A DNA stretch of 58,104 nucleotides, filler included, from Basidiobolus ranarum (GCA_040143965.1; 3 parts of 3 records of this genome joined end to end with filler, not necessarily neighbours in it); one strand, 5' to 3'; positions 1 to 12,203 are shown, numbered from the whole stretch's first letter. Notes: generated from the letters alone by a model not told the origin. Numbers and translations are program-made.

Positions 1-62
1 TAGGAAACAATACTCTTTATCTCGGGTAGGCCTAGTAAGGAATAGGAAACAATACTCTTTAT
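1..62. repeat. 20-bp direct repeat TAGGAAACAATACTCTTTAT (1-20, 43-62)
   Basis: Exact repeat with 42-bp period at the window edge. Confidence 0.8.
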
Positions 63-789
63 TTAGAGGCAACAGTCACCCTTAACAAGTAATTTCTTAA
101 AGTATTTTCAGTGGTACATTTATTTCAACTATATCCTAGTGTTTCATTTAGTTTCCTCCACACAATATAAAATTAATGCAGGAAATGTAATAATAGATGT
201 TTCTATGGCCAATGGTAGTTGCTCCTTTATTCAATGATAAAAATACTATACCATTGGCTACTCGTTAGGTGAGATATTTTACGAAAACTGTAGTAACTGA
301 TGTAGGCGCACTATTGATACTACTGTATCCCTTGTTTCAACCTCGGATTTGCGAACAATTTAAGCTTCAAATGGGAATTGATAGCTTTTAGCATGAAGTC
401 CGAGTTGGTCAAAATAATCTTGAATTCATTTCTAAATATAATCAGACATAGTTGTTTAAGTTGGATTTTATGCCCTCAGAAAATGAATTCACATCAAATC
501 GAAGATCAGATTGTTGAGCTTGACTTTTGCTATTTAAGATCATCACTAGGCCTGTGTTAGAAATGTGAACAGAAATAGCATTATAAATGGATTTCTTCAA
601 ACAAGGAATTATGGGATCGCTATTATTGTATTTCAGCAAGAGAAAACCTTCTAGTAAATGAGACAGCACTGTTATAGGTGGTTCTTTACGGGATGATAAT
701 AGACAAGAATAGTGAGTTACTTGATCAGATTGGGAAGGGTACAAGTTTAATGACACCACACACTTGTTATATATAAACATTTAAAAAGC

Positions 790-849
790 GTCATGTGAAT
801 CCATATTATATAGCAAAATAAAGTCATGTGAATCCATATTATATAGCAA
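790..849. repeat. 27-bp direct repeat GTCATGTGAATCCATATTATATAGCAA (790-816, 823-849)
   Basis: Exact local duplication with 33-bp period. Confidence 0.85.
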
Positions 850-1225
850 TAACACTTGAGCGCCTAGAACCAATACGTATGGTAGTTAGGTCGTTGCTTA
901 GATGGTACTATTCCGGAATACATATAAAGCAATCCAGAATAATCAGTAATTGTGTTGGGAATTTATATTGAAGAAACCATCTATACAACCAGATATCATT
1001 AAGTGGTTCATAAAATCATATTCCTAAAGTCAAACTACGATTAACTCTAGCCTAATTTTTCACTTCATATAACAACTTATTCTTCAAAACGTTTATTAGA
1101 AATCCCTTTTTAGGCTCTAGTTCTATTGAATAGTAAATGCGATTAAGCAGCTGATAAAGAATTATGTACGACAAGTTATGAGTGTTTAAGTGGGTGCTAT
1201 GCCAAGATAATTAACCCAAAAATTA

Positions 1226-2707
1226 TTAACATTCGCCAGAGATCTCTTCTAACGATTTTCCTTTGGTTTCTGGGACCCAGAAGGTAGACAGGAAACCAAG
1301 GAACATAATGGCTGCGAAAATGCCGAGTGTTTGAGGAAGGAAGGCATGATCACCATCTTTACCTCCGATCTCTACGAGTTGATTGAATCCAAATGTGGCA
1401 ATAATAGCACCAAGTTTACCTGAAGCAGCTGAGATACCATGAGCTGTAGAACGGAAACGAGTTGGGAAAACTTCAGAGGGTAGTACAAAGGTTGTGGTAT
1501 TAGGACCAAAGTTAAAGAAGAATTGGGCCAAAGTAAACAAGGCGATAAACAATGCAACAGCTGTATCCCGAATTTTGTAGAATCCAGCCGAAAGTACAAT
1601 GAAGATGATCGTGAGGAAAGCAAAGCCCATCAACTGAATCTTGATACGACCCATACGTTCAATGAGGAATACTGTAAACCAGTAACCTGGAACAGTGCCC
1701 ATCAATGAAATGATTAGATTTCCTGTAGCCTCTGTCCACATGGCATCATATGGCGAGAGTCCTTTGGAAGAATATCCAATAGCCTGCAATATATACGATT
1801 GATTGAGGGATAAACCGTAGAAAGCAATGTCAAGGAAAAACCAAGAGAGTGAAGTGCCAAGCAAGACTTTAAGATTTTTCCACTGGCCAAAATATTGGCC
1901 GAAAGTCAATTGTGATCCTCTGTTTAATTTTCCAACAGTATGTTGAGCTTCCATAGGATCCTTCTCGTTCTCCCCCGATATTGCCTTCAAATCTTCAGCA
2001 GCTTTCTCAGCATCTCCATTTACTTCTAAAGTATACCGTGGAGATTCAGGCATAGTTAAACGGAAATACACAGTGAAAATGGCTGGGACACATCCAAAAG
2101 CAAGCATCAATCTCCAAACGTAGTCAAAGTTATTTTGATCTGCACGAATAGCTCCTTGGAAGATCGCCAGCATAATGACAGTAAATAATCCTCCTACCAA
2201 TATACCGGTTCCTTGTGAGGCGAATACGGCAGCAATCATCATTCCTCGTCGTTTTGTAGAGGAGAACTCGGAGGTAATGACAGCCGAGACTGGATAGTCA
2301 CCACCAATTCCAATACCGAGAATAAACCGCCAAAAGCCTAGGACAGCTACCACATTCACTCCTTTAACCCAGGAGCCAGCAATGGCACAACAAATGGTAG
2401 CAAAAATGATGATTATCAACTCTGAGCCATACATTTTCTTTCTTCCGAGGCGATCACCCAAGTAGCCGAAGAGCAATTGTCCGATTAGAGTTCCGAAAGC
2501 TGTAGCACCTTTGAGTGGGCCTTCGTATTGTTTAGGAATCTTGTTATTGTTGTTACTATAGTACACATATCCCATCATCGGAACAGCCAAATTAATGATG
2601 AAAATATCGTAGGCATCAGTGAAAAAGCCAATACCGGCGACGATAATGGCACGGAGATGCCAACCCGTAAGCTTAGGCTCTTCAAAAGAATGCAATTCAC
2701 CAGGCAT
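1226..2707 (-). CDS. PHO84: High-affinity inorganic phosphate:H+ symporter (MFS, PHS family), intronless
   Basis: 493-aa ORF with GIGFFTDAYD, GDRLGRKK, GIGIGGDYPVSA, FFFNFGPNTTTF and RSTAHGISAASGKLGA motifs typical of Pho84/PHT1. Confidence 0.93.
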   Translation of the reverse strand: MPGELHSFEEPKLTGWHLRAIIVAGIGFFTDAYDIFIINLAVPMMGYVYYSNNNNKIPKQYEGPLKGATAFGTLIGQLLFGYLGDRLGRKKMYGSELIIIIFATICCAIAGSWVKGVNVVAVLGFWRFILGIGIGGDYPVSAVITSEFSSTKRRGMMIAAVFASQGTGILVGGLFTVIMLAIFQGAIRADQNNFDYVWRLMLAFGCVPAIFTVYFRLTMPESPRYTLEVNGDAEKAAEDLKAISGENEKDPMEAQHTVGKLNRGSQLTFGQYFGQWKNLKVLLGTSLSWFFLDIAFYGLSLNQSYILQAIGYSSKGLSPYDAMWTEATGNLIISLMGTVPGYWFTVFLIERMGRIKIQLMGFAFLTIIFIVLSAGFYKIRDTAVALFIALFTLAQFFFNFGPNTTTFVLPSEVFPTRFRSTAHGISAASGKLGAIIATFGFNQLVEIGGKDGDHAFLPQTLGIFAAIMFLGFLSTFWVPETKGKSLEEISGEC

Positions 2708-3919
2708 GTTTTAGTTATTACTTGTAGATTATACTCAACAATGAAGAAAACTGCGTTCTCTTTTATACTCTTTGAAGTCTAATGCACTACACTCTTGTTG
2801 AATAAATGAAGTTAACCAATCCCGAGGTGATTCTTTTCACGTTGGCTTTGAAAGCAATTCCAAGTGGAAGAGGAGGTTGCTACGTCCTATATCCAAACTT
2901 GAACAACTGTTACCCAAATACACAAACCACTGGAGTCTTTCGTACCCCATATTCTGCTTTTCACGAAACCCTGATTATATTTAACCACCCAATACATCAG
3001 CGTCTTTTTTGCATGCTCAGGTACCAGCTGAATATTATTTCCCAATTAGGCTTAACTGATGGTGTGGCAGAAGATAACGAATTTAGTAATCAAGAATTTC
3101 TAACTAGTACTCACCGATTTTAAGCCAAATTTAACATGCTGGAAAATTTCCCTCTTGAGATTCATTTGATCTATACCATATGGTAACAATCAAGATGGGT
3201 AATAATGACTTGAATCGTAGCTGCATACCAGTCCATGTTTCTAATCTAACAATTGCAACGAAGAGTTTGTCCTTGAGGTGTAATGATTTGAGTGAATCAC
3301 TTTGCAACGTAGCCCTGTTGGTGTGAAAGTAAAATTACTAATGGAATATATCGAAACAAGATTCGTACTTTCACTTGTTTATAGATCGAAAATAAAAAGT
3401 GTACTGGTTTCAAACTTAGGCTTCGAGCATCTACAGCTAACTTGAACAAACAAAAATGGAATTAACGTTGTTTTGTCTTATTATAATATATCATCTCACT
3501 AAATGATGAACCCTATTTTATTCCAAATTTTACTCCCATTGGTGCACTACCTACAAGAATTGTCTATTAAAGTACTCCTGAAACGGCGGGTCTGTCGTAA
3601 AGAGAAATCAAAGTGTAAATGAGGAAATTTAGATACATTGGTGGAGCAGTATTGTATACTATTTGTAGTAGCTTGGAGTCACCCACCGAATATCTGGGAA
3701 ATTAAGTGCCATCGACTAACAACATGCTATACACTATCGTAGAATATCACTTAAAATAATGATGACTGAATAGATAGAGCATAGTGTGAGATTAAATAGT
3801 ATTCATGGAGTATGTAGTATGGGTTTATTGAAAGGTTTATACAGTGACTGAGCAGCGGTAGGATCGAGTAAAGGGTATAATATATAATACAGCACAAAAT
3901 GATATACGACAACAAATAT

Positions 3920-5497
3920 TTAACATTCGATACTATCATATTTTCTGAACAAGAAATAGAATATTCCTGTCATTACTCCCATTAGTCCAGTTTGAATACC
4001 GAATACATAAACGAAATTGGGATCATTGCTCCAAACAGCCAAGATTAATCCGATCAAACTACCACCACAATTGGTGAACAAGAACAGTGCTGTAACCACG
4101 GATTTGAGCTCAGGTGCGGCTTGTCGGAAGGCGAATTCAAGTCCAGTGACTGAAGCGAAGATCTCAGAAATAGAGATACCAATAAATGGGATGATCTGCC
4201 ACCAAATGGAAATATCATTGACTGGGTCTTGGCCCGCAGGCAATTTGCTCAAGTCTGTGAAGTTGTAGTAAGGCCCAGTCTTATATACTTGTGACTGAAG
4301 AACAGTGACAAAGACGAATGCTAGGGTAGCAATGGTGAAACCAATGGTGATGCGTGTGATGGGACCAAGACGACAGCCCATTCTTCTCAAGATTGGGAAA
4401 ACAACCGTGTCAAAAATAGGGATAGCAATCACCAGAACAAGACTGTTGACAAGGTTAAGCTGCTCAGGTCCACTGATGAATGAAGGGCGTTGCATAGTAA
4501 GGCCCATGTTGATGAAATTGTCCGACATGTTGTAGTACAGAGCCCAGTAGAATGGGTAGAATAAGAATACCAAGGATGCACGCAGAGTCTTCTTCAAGTC
4601 CTCCACAAAGGCATCATCCCACTCAAATCCATCAACTTTGGCGTAATCTAGCCAATGTTCAATGGCCCCATTGGTTTTACCATTGTCTAGTGGTGCCTTA
4701 CGATGGGAGAGGGCATATTTGATACATGTGTAGGTTTTAGAGAGCACGGTACCAGATGGAGGCTTAACATAATAGAATTTCTTGGCTGAAATGAAGACAA
4801 CCAGGCCCAGTACAAACATAATGGCTGGGAGAGAGTAAGCAAGTGGGTAGGATCCATAGTTGTTAGCGACAATTGGACAGATGAACTGACCCAACAGAGC
4901 ACCAAGGTTAATGGCCCAATAAAAGAATCGGAAAATTCTTTCAACAGTTAGTTGCGAGTCAATATACACTCCTGGGGTTTTAGTTGCAAAGATTCCCTCT
5001 TTGATTTGTTCAGCAGCAAAGGACGAAACATTGGATTTAATACCACCGGTACCAAAGGAGATGAATGCGTACAAAGCGATGATGTAGCCGATCACTCCAA
5101 AACTACCATCAAGAGAGGTTGGGAGAGCACTGAGTGCCAGAATGATCAAACCGACCATATAGAACATGGAGAATATGATAATGGTTTTGAACTTTCCTAG
5201 GTATCTGTCGGCAATAATGGCACCCAAAATGGTGGTGAAGTATGCCATGAACTGGAAGCCTCGGTTAACAGCAGTAGCGGTACCTTTGCTAAAGCCCAGC
5301 ATCTTCAGCATGTAGGGTTGGAATAGGAGAGAAGCTCCGTAAAAAGCAAATCGTTCGCATAACTCGGTGACGATGATAAACCAAGCAGCGATAGGAACCT
5401 TTCCAGCAACACGAAGTTTAATGTCTTCAGGATTGGGCTGGCCCTCTACTTCGTAATTAGCTTCTGTGCCCTGTTCAATCTTTTTCTCTTCGCTCAT
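3920..5497 (-). CDS. PTR2: Proton-dependent oligopeptide transporter (POT/PTR family), copy 1
   Basis: 525-aa ORF with ELCERFAFYG (ExxERF), GTGGIKSNVS, FYWAINLGAL and GLEFAFRQAAPELKS motifs. Confidence 0.93.
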   Translation of the reverse strand: MSEEKKIEQGTEANYEVEGQPNPEDIKLRVAGKVPIAAWFIIVTELCERFAFYGASLLFQPYMLKMLGFSKGTATAVNRGFQFMAYFTTILGAIIADRYLGKFKTIIIFSMFYMVGLIILALSALPTSLDGSFGVIGYIIALYAFISFGTGGIKSNVSSFAAEQIKEGIFATKTPGVYIDSQLTVERIFRFFYWAINLGALLGQFICPIVANNYGSYPLAYSLPAIMFVLGLVVFISAKKFYYVKPPSGTVLSKTYTCIKYALSHRKAPLDNGKTNGAIEHWLDYAKVDGFEWDDAFVEDLKKTLRASLVFLFYPFYWALYYNMSDNFINMGLTMQRPSFISGPEQLNLVNSLVLVIAIPIFDTVVFPILRRMGCRLGPITRITIGFTIATLAFVFVTVLQSQVYKTGPYYNFTDLSKLPAGQDPVNDISIWWQIIPFIGISISEIFASVTGLEFAFRQAAPELKSVVTALFLFTNCGGSLIGLILAVWSNDPNFVYVFGIQTGLMGVMTGIFYFLFRKYDSIEC

Positions 5498-6865
5498 GTG
5501 GATTGATTACTAAGTGTGTCAATGGATGTAACCAATTTGTTCTAAATTTCAAACAGGGCTCTGATGTTTCTTTTATATGGCAAAAACGGACGAAAGAAAG
5601 AAAGGTCGACATGGAATATTTGAGTGTAGTATAATTAAATTTAATGATAAGAATATTCTTTCCAATTTAGGTAATATAATCCAAATATCCCCGCATTTAG
5701 TATTAGATTTGTAGATTTGAATAAGATCGATATACTGGAATGAAACACGACCGTGAGTTTTGATAAGCATGAATTGAGCTACCATATATAGCTAGATATC
5801 GGTTTGATTAAATGGTTGTGAAACATGATGAGCCCAAACTCTTGGCAACAATCAGATCATGATTATCCTTATGGTATAAATGTGTTGGTCAATCCAAATG
5901 TAATCCATATTGTTAAAATCACAAACATTTGTTTTAGGTTAGATTGATATGATGTAGACAAAAGCAGTACATTAACAGATTTCTCGGACAATATTACTGA
6001 CAACGAAAAATTTGTTTTGTTTTATTTGGCTACTTTGGTGGCATGGGCCCATGTATGTAGTTTGAGTGGTATCTAAGATGGCAACTTCTTCCATATGAAT
6101 CTGAGACTTCGGGATCTTGTTTGTTAGTACACTGTGGAAACTGAGAAAGATAGTTATAATGTCCGTTCGATCAGCTGTATTTGGTCAAGATGAGTGAAAC
6201 CTGCCAGGATATGCTCAGCTTCTCCTTAACTTCAATTGGCAACTCTGGTGGTCATGCAACTACTAGTAACGGCATGGAATGCATTTAGCCGAATAAGCAG
6301 TATACTCACCAAAACGATACCCGTCTTCTTGAAAGACAATTGATGTTTACACGAGGAATTTCCTAACTTTGATAGAACCAGAGATACATTTATGTTATAT
6401 ATATAATGCATGACGTATTCAAGTTTTCAGGGCCTGACATGAATCAAATAGAAGAATTCGAAGTAACTATTAACGCAAAAATTCGGTAACTTATAATATA
6501 TGAATAAAACATTACAAGCTCCGAAAATAGTATCACTCATGAGTTCAAGTACCAAGCATTGCTACATGAGAAATTATAATCGCACATCATATATTATCTA
6601 ACAAAACTAATGGTAATATCACTAAAGCCGATGTGGATTACGTCAATACATTGATAATTTTCAAATTTTAGGGATATAATATATTGGCAGCAATATTAGA
6701 ACACAAAAGCTAATGTAAACAATAAATCGTCACCAATTTCAATATTGATTCTGTCAGAATTTAAGAACTAGTGATCTCGTAATGTTAGGAAGAGTTTATT
6801 GCGTATTTATACAGTGGATAATATATGTAAGTGATGAATACAATACATGAGATGAAGGTAATTTT

Positions 6866-8443
6866 TTAGCATTCAATACTATCATATTTTCTGAACAAGA
6901 AATAGAATATTCCTGTCATTACTCCCATTAGTCCAGTTTGAATACCGAATACATAAACGAAATTAGGATCATTGCTCCAAACAGCCAAGATTAATCCAAT
7001 CAAACTACCACCACAATTGGTGAACAAGAACAGTGCTGTAACCACGGATTTGAGCTCAGGTGCTGCTTGTCGGAAGGCGAATTCAAGTCCAGTGACTGAA
7101 GCGAAGATCTCAGAAATAGAGATACCAATAAATGGGATGATCTGCCACCAAATGGAAATATCATTGACTGGGTCTTGGCCCGCAGGCAATTTGCTCAAGT
7201 CTGTGAAGTTGTAGTAAGGCCCAGTCTTATATACTTGTGACTGAAGAACGGTGACAAAGACGAATGCTAGGGTAGCAATGGTGAAACCAATGGTGATGCG
7301 TGTGATGGGACCAAGACGACAGCCCATTCTTCTCAAGATTGGGAAAACAACCGTGTCAAAAATAGGGATAGCAATCACCAGAACAAGACTGTTGACAAGG
7401 TTAAGCTGCTCAGGTCCACTGATGAATGAAGGGCGTTGCATAGTAAGGCCCATGTTGATGAAATTGTCCGACATATTGTAGTACAGAGCCCAGTAGAATG
7501 GGTAGAATAAGAATACCAAGGATGCACGCAGAGTCTTCTTCAAGTCCTCCACAAAGGCATCGTCCCACTCAAATCCATCAACTTTGGCGTAATCTAGCCA
7601 ATGTTCAATGGCCCCATTGGTTTTACCATTGTCTAGTGGTGCCTTACGATGGGAGAGGGCATATTTGATACATGTGTAGGTTTTAGAGAGCACGGTACCA
7701 GATGGAGGCTTAACATAATAGAATTTCTTGGCTGAAATGAAGACAACCAGGCCCAGTACAAACATAATGGCTGGGAGAGAGTAAGCAAGTGGGTAAGATC
7801 CATAGTTGTTGGCGACAATTGGACAGATGAACTGACCCAACAGAGCACCAAGGTTAATGGCCCAATAAAAGAATCGGAAAATTCTTTCAACAGTTAGTTG
7901 CGAGTCAATATACACTCCTGGGGTTTTAGTTGCAAAGATTCCCTCTTTGATTTGTTCAGCAGCAAAGGACGAAACATTGGATTTAATACCACCGGTACCA
8001 AAGGAGATGAATGCGTACAAGGCGATGATGTAGCCGATCACTCCAAAACTACCATCAAGAGAGGTTGGGAGAGCACTGAGTGCCAGAATGATCAAACCGA
8101 CCATATAGAACATGGAGAATATGATAATGGTTTTGAACTTTCCTAGGTATCTGTCGGCAATAATGGCACCCAAAATGGTGGTGAAGTATGCCATGAACTG
8201 GAAGCCTCGGTTAACAGCAGTAGCGGTACCTTTGCTAAAGCCCAGCATCTTCAGCATGTAGGGTTGGAATAGGAGAGAAGCTCCGTAAAAAGCAAATCGT
8301 TCGCATAACTCGGTGACGATGATAAACCAAGCAGCGATAGGAACCTTTCCAGCAACACGAAGTTTAATGTCTTCAGGATTGGGCTGGCCCTCTACTTCGT
8401 AATTAGCTTCTGTGCCCTGTTCAATCTTTTTCTCTTCGCTCAT
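6866..8443 (-). CDS. PTR2: Proton-dependent oligopeptide transporter (POT/PTR family), copy 2
   Basis: Protein identical to copy 1; tandem duplicate offset by 2946 bp. Confidence 0.93.
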   Translation of the reverse strand: MSEEKKIEQGTEANYEVEGQPNPEDIKLRVAGKVPIAAWFIIVTELCERFAFYGASLLFQPYMLKMLGFSKGTATAVNRGFQFMAYFTTILGAIIADRYLGKFKTIIIFSMFYMVGLIILALSALPTSLDGSFGVIGYIIALYAFISFGTGGIKSNVSSFAAEQIKEGIFATKTPGVYIDSQLTVERIFRFFYWAINLGALLGQFICPIVANNYGSYPLAYSLPAIMFVLGLVVFISAKKFYYVKPPSGTVLSKTYTCIKYALSHRKAPLDNGKTNGAIEHWLDYAKVDGFEWDDAFVEDLKKTLRASLVFLFYPFYWALYYNMSDNFINMGLTMQRPSFISGPEQLNLVNSLVLVIAIPIFDTVVFPILRRMGCRLGPITRITIGFTIATLAFVFVTVLQSQVYKTGPYYNFTDLSKLPAGQDPVNDISIWWQIIPFIGISISEIFASVTGLEFAFRQAAPELKSVVTALFLFTNCGGSLIGLILAVWSNDPNFVYVFGIQTGLMGVMTGIFYFLFRKYDSIEC

Positions 8444-10127
8444 GTGAATTGATTACTAAGTGTGTCAATGGATGTAACCAATTTGTTATAAATTTCATTC
8501 ACGACTTGGACATTTCTTTTATACACGATCATATAGAACTATTACCTATGGCGAAAAGGGATAAATTAAGTAAGAAAGTTAAGTGAAAAGATAGTTTAAT
8601 TTGGGCGATTTAGTCGAAATATTTCCACATCAAATCTATTACGTTTGTAGAAACCATGGCCCAGAACATTAGCCATATTTGCAGAAACGTAACCTTAGTC
8701 TGCCATATAGAGTTTTATGAATTGATTGTTGCTAGTAACTTCATCTTATCTCTTCTGGCTTAACCCAATTCTTGGAAATTCTCAACACTTGACCAATAGA
8801 AATCGGTCAAAGCAAGAACCTCCTTACGATATAAATATATAGAAATAAATATTACGCAAGAAGGAAATGCTGTTGGCTGAATTAGGCAAGCGCAGATTGG
8901 CAGCTGACAACTACATCTGAATCAAAGTTAATTCTAAGTCTGTGTAGAAATCAGGGTTTTGTGCAAGAACTTGTTTGTAGCCAAATATTGTTCAATTGAT
9001 TAGTAAAACGGACAAATTGATCTGCATTGCTTTTATATTTGCCAAGACAGCTCTATATCTATCGTAGCCACAATTCAAGTATCTTAGAGAATGAGATTAC
9101 CCTGAAAGTGATTATGACAGAACAGCTCCCAGAACAGCTCCTAGATCATTACAGGTAATTGAGATTAGATAATGTTGAAGTTAACACGAACTCTTATTTC
9201 TTACTCTCATGCTAAGCATTATCTGCCCCTAGTTGAATGTGGGTTTTTTCTACTTCAGTTCGCAGATTCTGGCCCGACAAACAAGAGTGAAGATAACGAT
9301 GGCAAATCCAGCATAACGTCAATACTTTAGAGTGGATCTTTTCGACTAGTTTGATATGCGGAATAGGCATGGAGAGTACACATGGAGACCTTATGTTAAA
9401 TACCTGTCAGCAACTCATTGCTTCAAGACTGATTCAATCTTGTGCAACTACAAACTACAATAGATGTCAGAGTTATGATTAAGGGTGTGTTAGTATCACT
9501 CAATCTAAGGGTCTTTAGTCCAAGTATTAAACAGTACTGGACCTAACCTTAAGGAAATCCCAATTCTGACTCTGAATAAAGCTTAAACAACTTTAGTGAT
9601 CACTTGGGTTAGGGCTAGGTCACTAATCTTCTCAACATATCAGTCGCACACGCTTAGGTTGTAGGCCAATAACGGGGTAATCACTACCGAAACTCCAGAA
9701 CCTCTCATATCCTTTATAGCTTCACATCCATTCTGGCAATTAATGATTGGGCCACATAAACGTAGATCAGTATTTAACATATTATTAGGACACGTGTTGT
9801 AATAAATACCACTCAGCAGGACTGGGGTTAGGGTTGCCAGTAGGCAACTTGATCAACAATAAAACATCGAAATTTGGCCACGACTGGAGTTGCATGACAA
9901 TGATTGCTTTAATCATATATATCTTTTGTTATAATTAGCGACCATGGTTTGATTGTCCCCATAAGGGTTGAGAAATCAGCGTTGTCACTATATTTGTTCC
10001 CGAGGAAACACTATTATACAGCTTATTTTCCTTAGCTTGTTATTTATTATAACCCTATTACCTTATCCTCCCCTAAGTTTTTGTTCTGCTCATTAAACCT
10101 AATCTCTGCGTTTTCCCCAAGTTAAAT

Positions 10128-11055
10128 ATGGATGTCTCTAACCAAGAAAACTTGGTTCGTATCTCTCCCAAGGAATTTAATTTTTCTGGTTTGTCTTAAG
10201 CATCTTTAGTTTCAAGATTGGCATAGAGTTCACACAGCACCTTCATTTTGAATTGATTATAGCAACTGTAGGGGCTGGAGGCGCACGTATTAGTCGTCTG
10301 AGCATTAGAAGCTTGCAAACTAGTCCAGTTGGCTTCAAATTCAAGACTAATGCTCCTCTTCGATACTCTGTAAGGCCAGTATACGGCGTACTGGAACGCT
10401 TGAACAGTGTAGCCGAAGTATATGGTAAGCATAGTACCATCAGAACAACCTTAAATTACTATACTAATAGTTGGGTTTGTAGTGCGATGTGAATCTGATG
10501 TTCAGCCATCTGATCGTTTTCTTATACAAACGGTACAATTAACCACCGAAGAGGCTGAAAATATGGGCGCAAGTTTGGTATTAAAGATTCGCAATATCTC
10601 CATTTAGTAACAATCCATAACATTTTAACCTTTTATTCTAGTGGCGATCTCTAGATCGTAAACGAATTTTAGAGCATTTTATAAATTGCAAAGTTGTGGA
10701 GAATTCGGTATATGCTTCACACTCTCGATCTTCCTCCAACGACTCCCTATTTGATAGTAAAGGGTTTTCAACTGTGAGTCATAAGGTATGCATCTATGCA
10801 GTTAACTTAGTACTCAAGCCCAATTCTAACTGTACGTAGCGTATTGAGCCTCTTACCAAGAGCGGAAATAGGTCACAGCTGGAATCACTTCAAGAAGACA
10901 ACGCCAAAAGCATCCTGACGGATACGTCCAGAAAGTTATCGCTATTTGGAATGCGGTTTAGTCGGCAGGAGCTATTCCTGATCTCATTTGTCTGCTTGAT
11001 ATTAGGAATATTTGTACCAACTAGACAGATACTTCAGTTGCTCTACTCATCGTAG
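10128..11055 (+). CDS. MSP-domain tail-anchored protein (VAP/Scs2-like), about 5 exons
   Basis: Spliced reading MDVSNQENLVRISPKEFNFS...VGFKFKTNAPLRYSVRPVYGVL...DRFLIQ...; C-terminal hydrophobic anchor ELFLISFVCLILGIFVP; GT-AG introns starting at 10189, ~10425, ~10578 and ~10786. Confidence 0.8.
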
Positions 11056-11353
11056 ATACCTAACAGGTGGCATGCAAGCTCATTTCATTCTAAACTACAA
11101 GCAAAGAAAGATCCAAGACCAGATCACATTACAATCAACATGACAATCAACGTGACTACTACTAAATACGAAAACTCTTTTATTAAATTCTTCTATGGAC
11201 TTCGTTCAGTCAGCGTGTAAATATAACCCCATATTTCCTATCCCTTACGTGCTTTACCCGAGTGTGTCCAAGTAATATCCCTCTTTTAACCAGTAATAAA
11301 ACAGTGCTGCCAGTGGGTTCATATCAGACAATTTTATTTACCAAGACGATGAT

Positions 11354-12203
11354 TTAATCAATGGACACCAACTCCACATCGAAAATGAGGGTGGCGTTGG
11401 GTGGGATGCTATATCAAATGGATTAGTTTAGTATCTTATAATTCGTTTGAATAAACGTGAAAACTTACCCAGCCTCAGGAACCCCCTTACGCCCATAAGC
11501 CCAATCTGCCTCAATAGTGAGTCTAGCTTTTTCACCCTTGCACATGGTGAGCAATCCCTCGTCCCAACCACGAATGACACGGTTAGTACCGACTTTGAAT
11601 CTAAGTGGATTCTTCTTCTTCTTATTTCCGTCTCCCTGGTTACTATCGAATACTTTACCATCTTCGAGTTTACCTGTGTACCAGACAGAAACCATATCTC
11701 CCTTCTTGGGGAAACGCTCTTTGTCTCCTTTACGGAGAGTAACCTTCTTGAATTTTGGCTCTTCCACTACGGCTTCTTCAGTGGGCTTAGCTTCGACTTT
11801 AGAAGCAGTAGCGTTAGCACGAAGAAGGGTTGGATCACTCTCGTCGGGTTGACTACAAATTCAAGGAAGGTTAACCGTCAATAAACATCAGTGCGAATAT
11901 TCTATCAATAAACTAATATATCTACCGGAAAGCCTCAGTGATGAATAATTGTTCATAGGCGTTGGCTAAAGCGTCTTTCTTTCCAGCCTTAGCTACGTTT
12001 TGAACTTTACCGTTCAACTTGTGTTCTAATAAAAACTAGAATACTTTTTAATAAACCGTGGGAAATACGAGAAAAAGGAATTTAACAAAAAAAGGTTTTA
12101 CTTGATTAGAACCATTTTGCTGCAAAAATTGAACGATATCTTTCTTTGATACGTCGTCCGAGAGAAGTTGCTCGTTGGTCCAAGTACGTTCTGGAGTCGA
12201 CAT
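11354..12203 (-). CDS. FKBP3: FKBP-type peptidyl-prolyl isomerase with N-terminal basic helical bundle (FKBP25/FKBP3-like), 4 exons
   Basis: N-terminus RTWTNEQLLSDDVSKKDIVQFLQQ resembles the FKBP25 N-terminal domain; FKBP domain VWYTGKLEDGKVFDS...VIRGWDEGL...AYG...IPPNATLIFDVELVSID. Confidence 0.85.

Noticed and set aside
60-780. 112-aa minus-strand ORF and adjacent coding-like sequence
   Set aside because: No recognisable family and neighbouring frames are broken by stops. It may be a decayed gene or element but cannot be supported.
1-849. Short direct repeats as a CRISPR-like array
   Set aside because: Only two units each, eukaryotic context and no cas genes.
1226-3929. PHO84 and PTR2 copy 1 both end in ...EC-stop and share the 10-mer CGAATGTTAA
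   Set aside because: Too short to separate from chance; not a CaaX, CC or CxC prenylation motif; PTR2 copy 2 uses different codons.
9606-9835. Isolated GGTTAGGG telomere-like motifs
   Set aside because: Only one to two units each and not an array.
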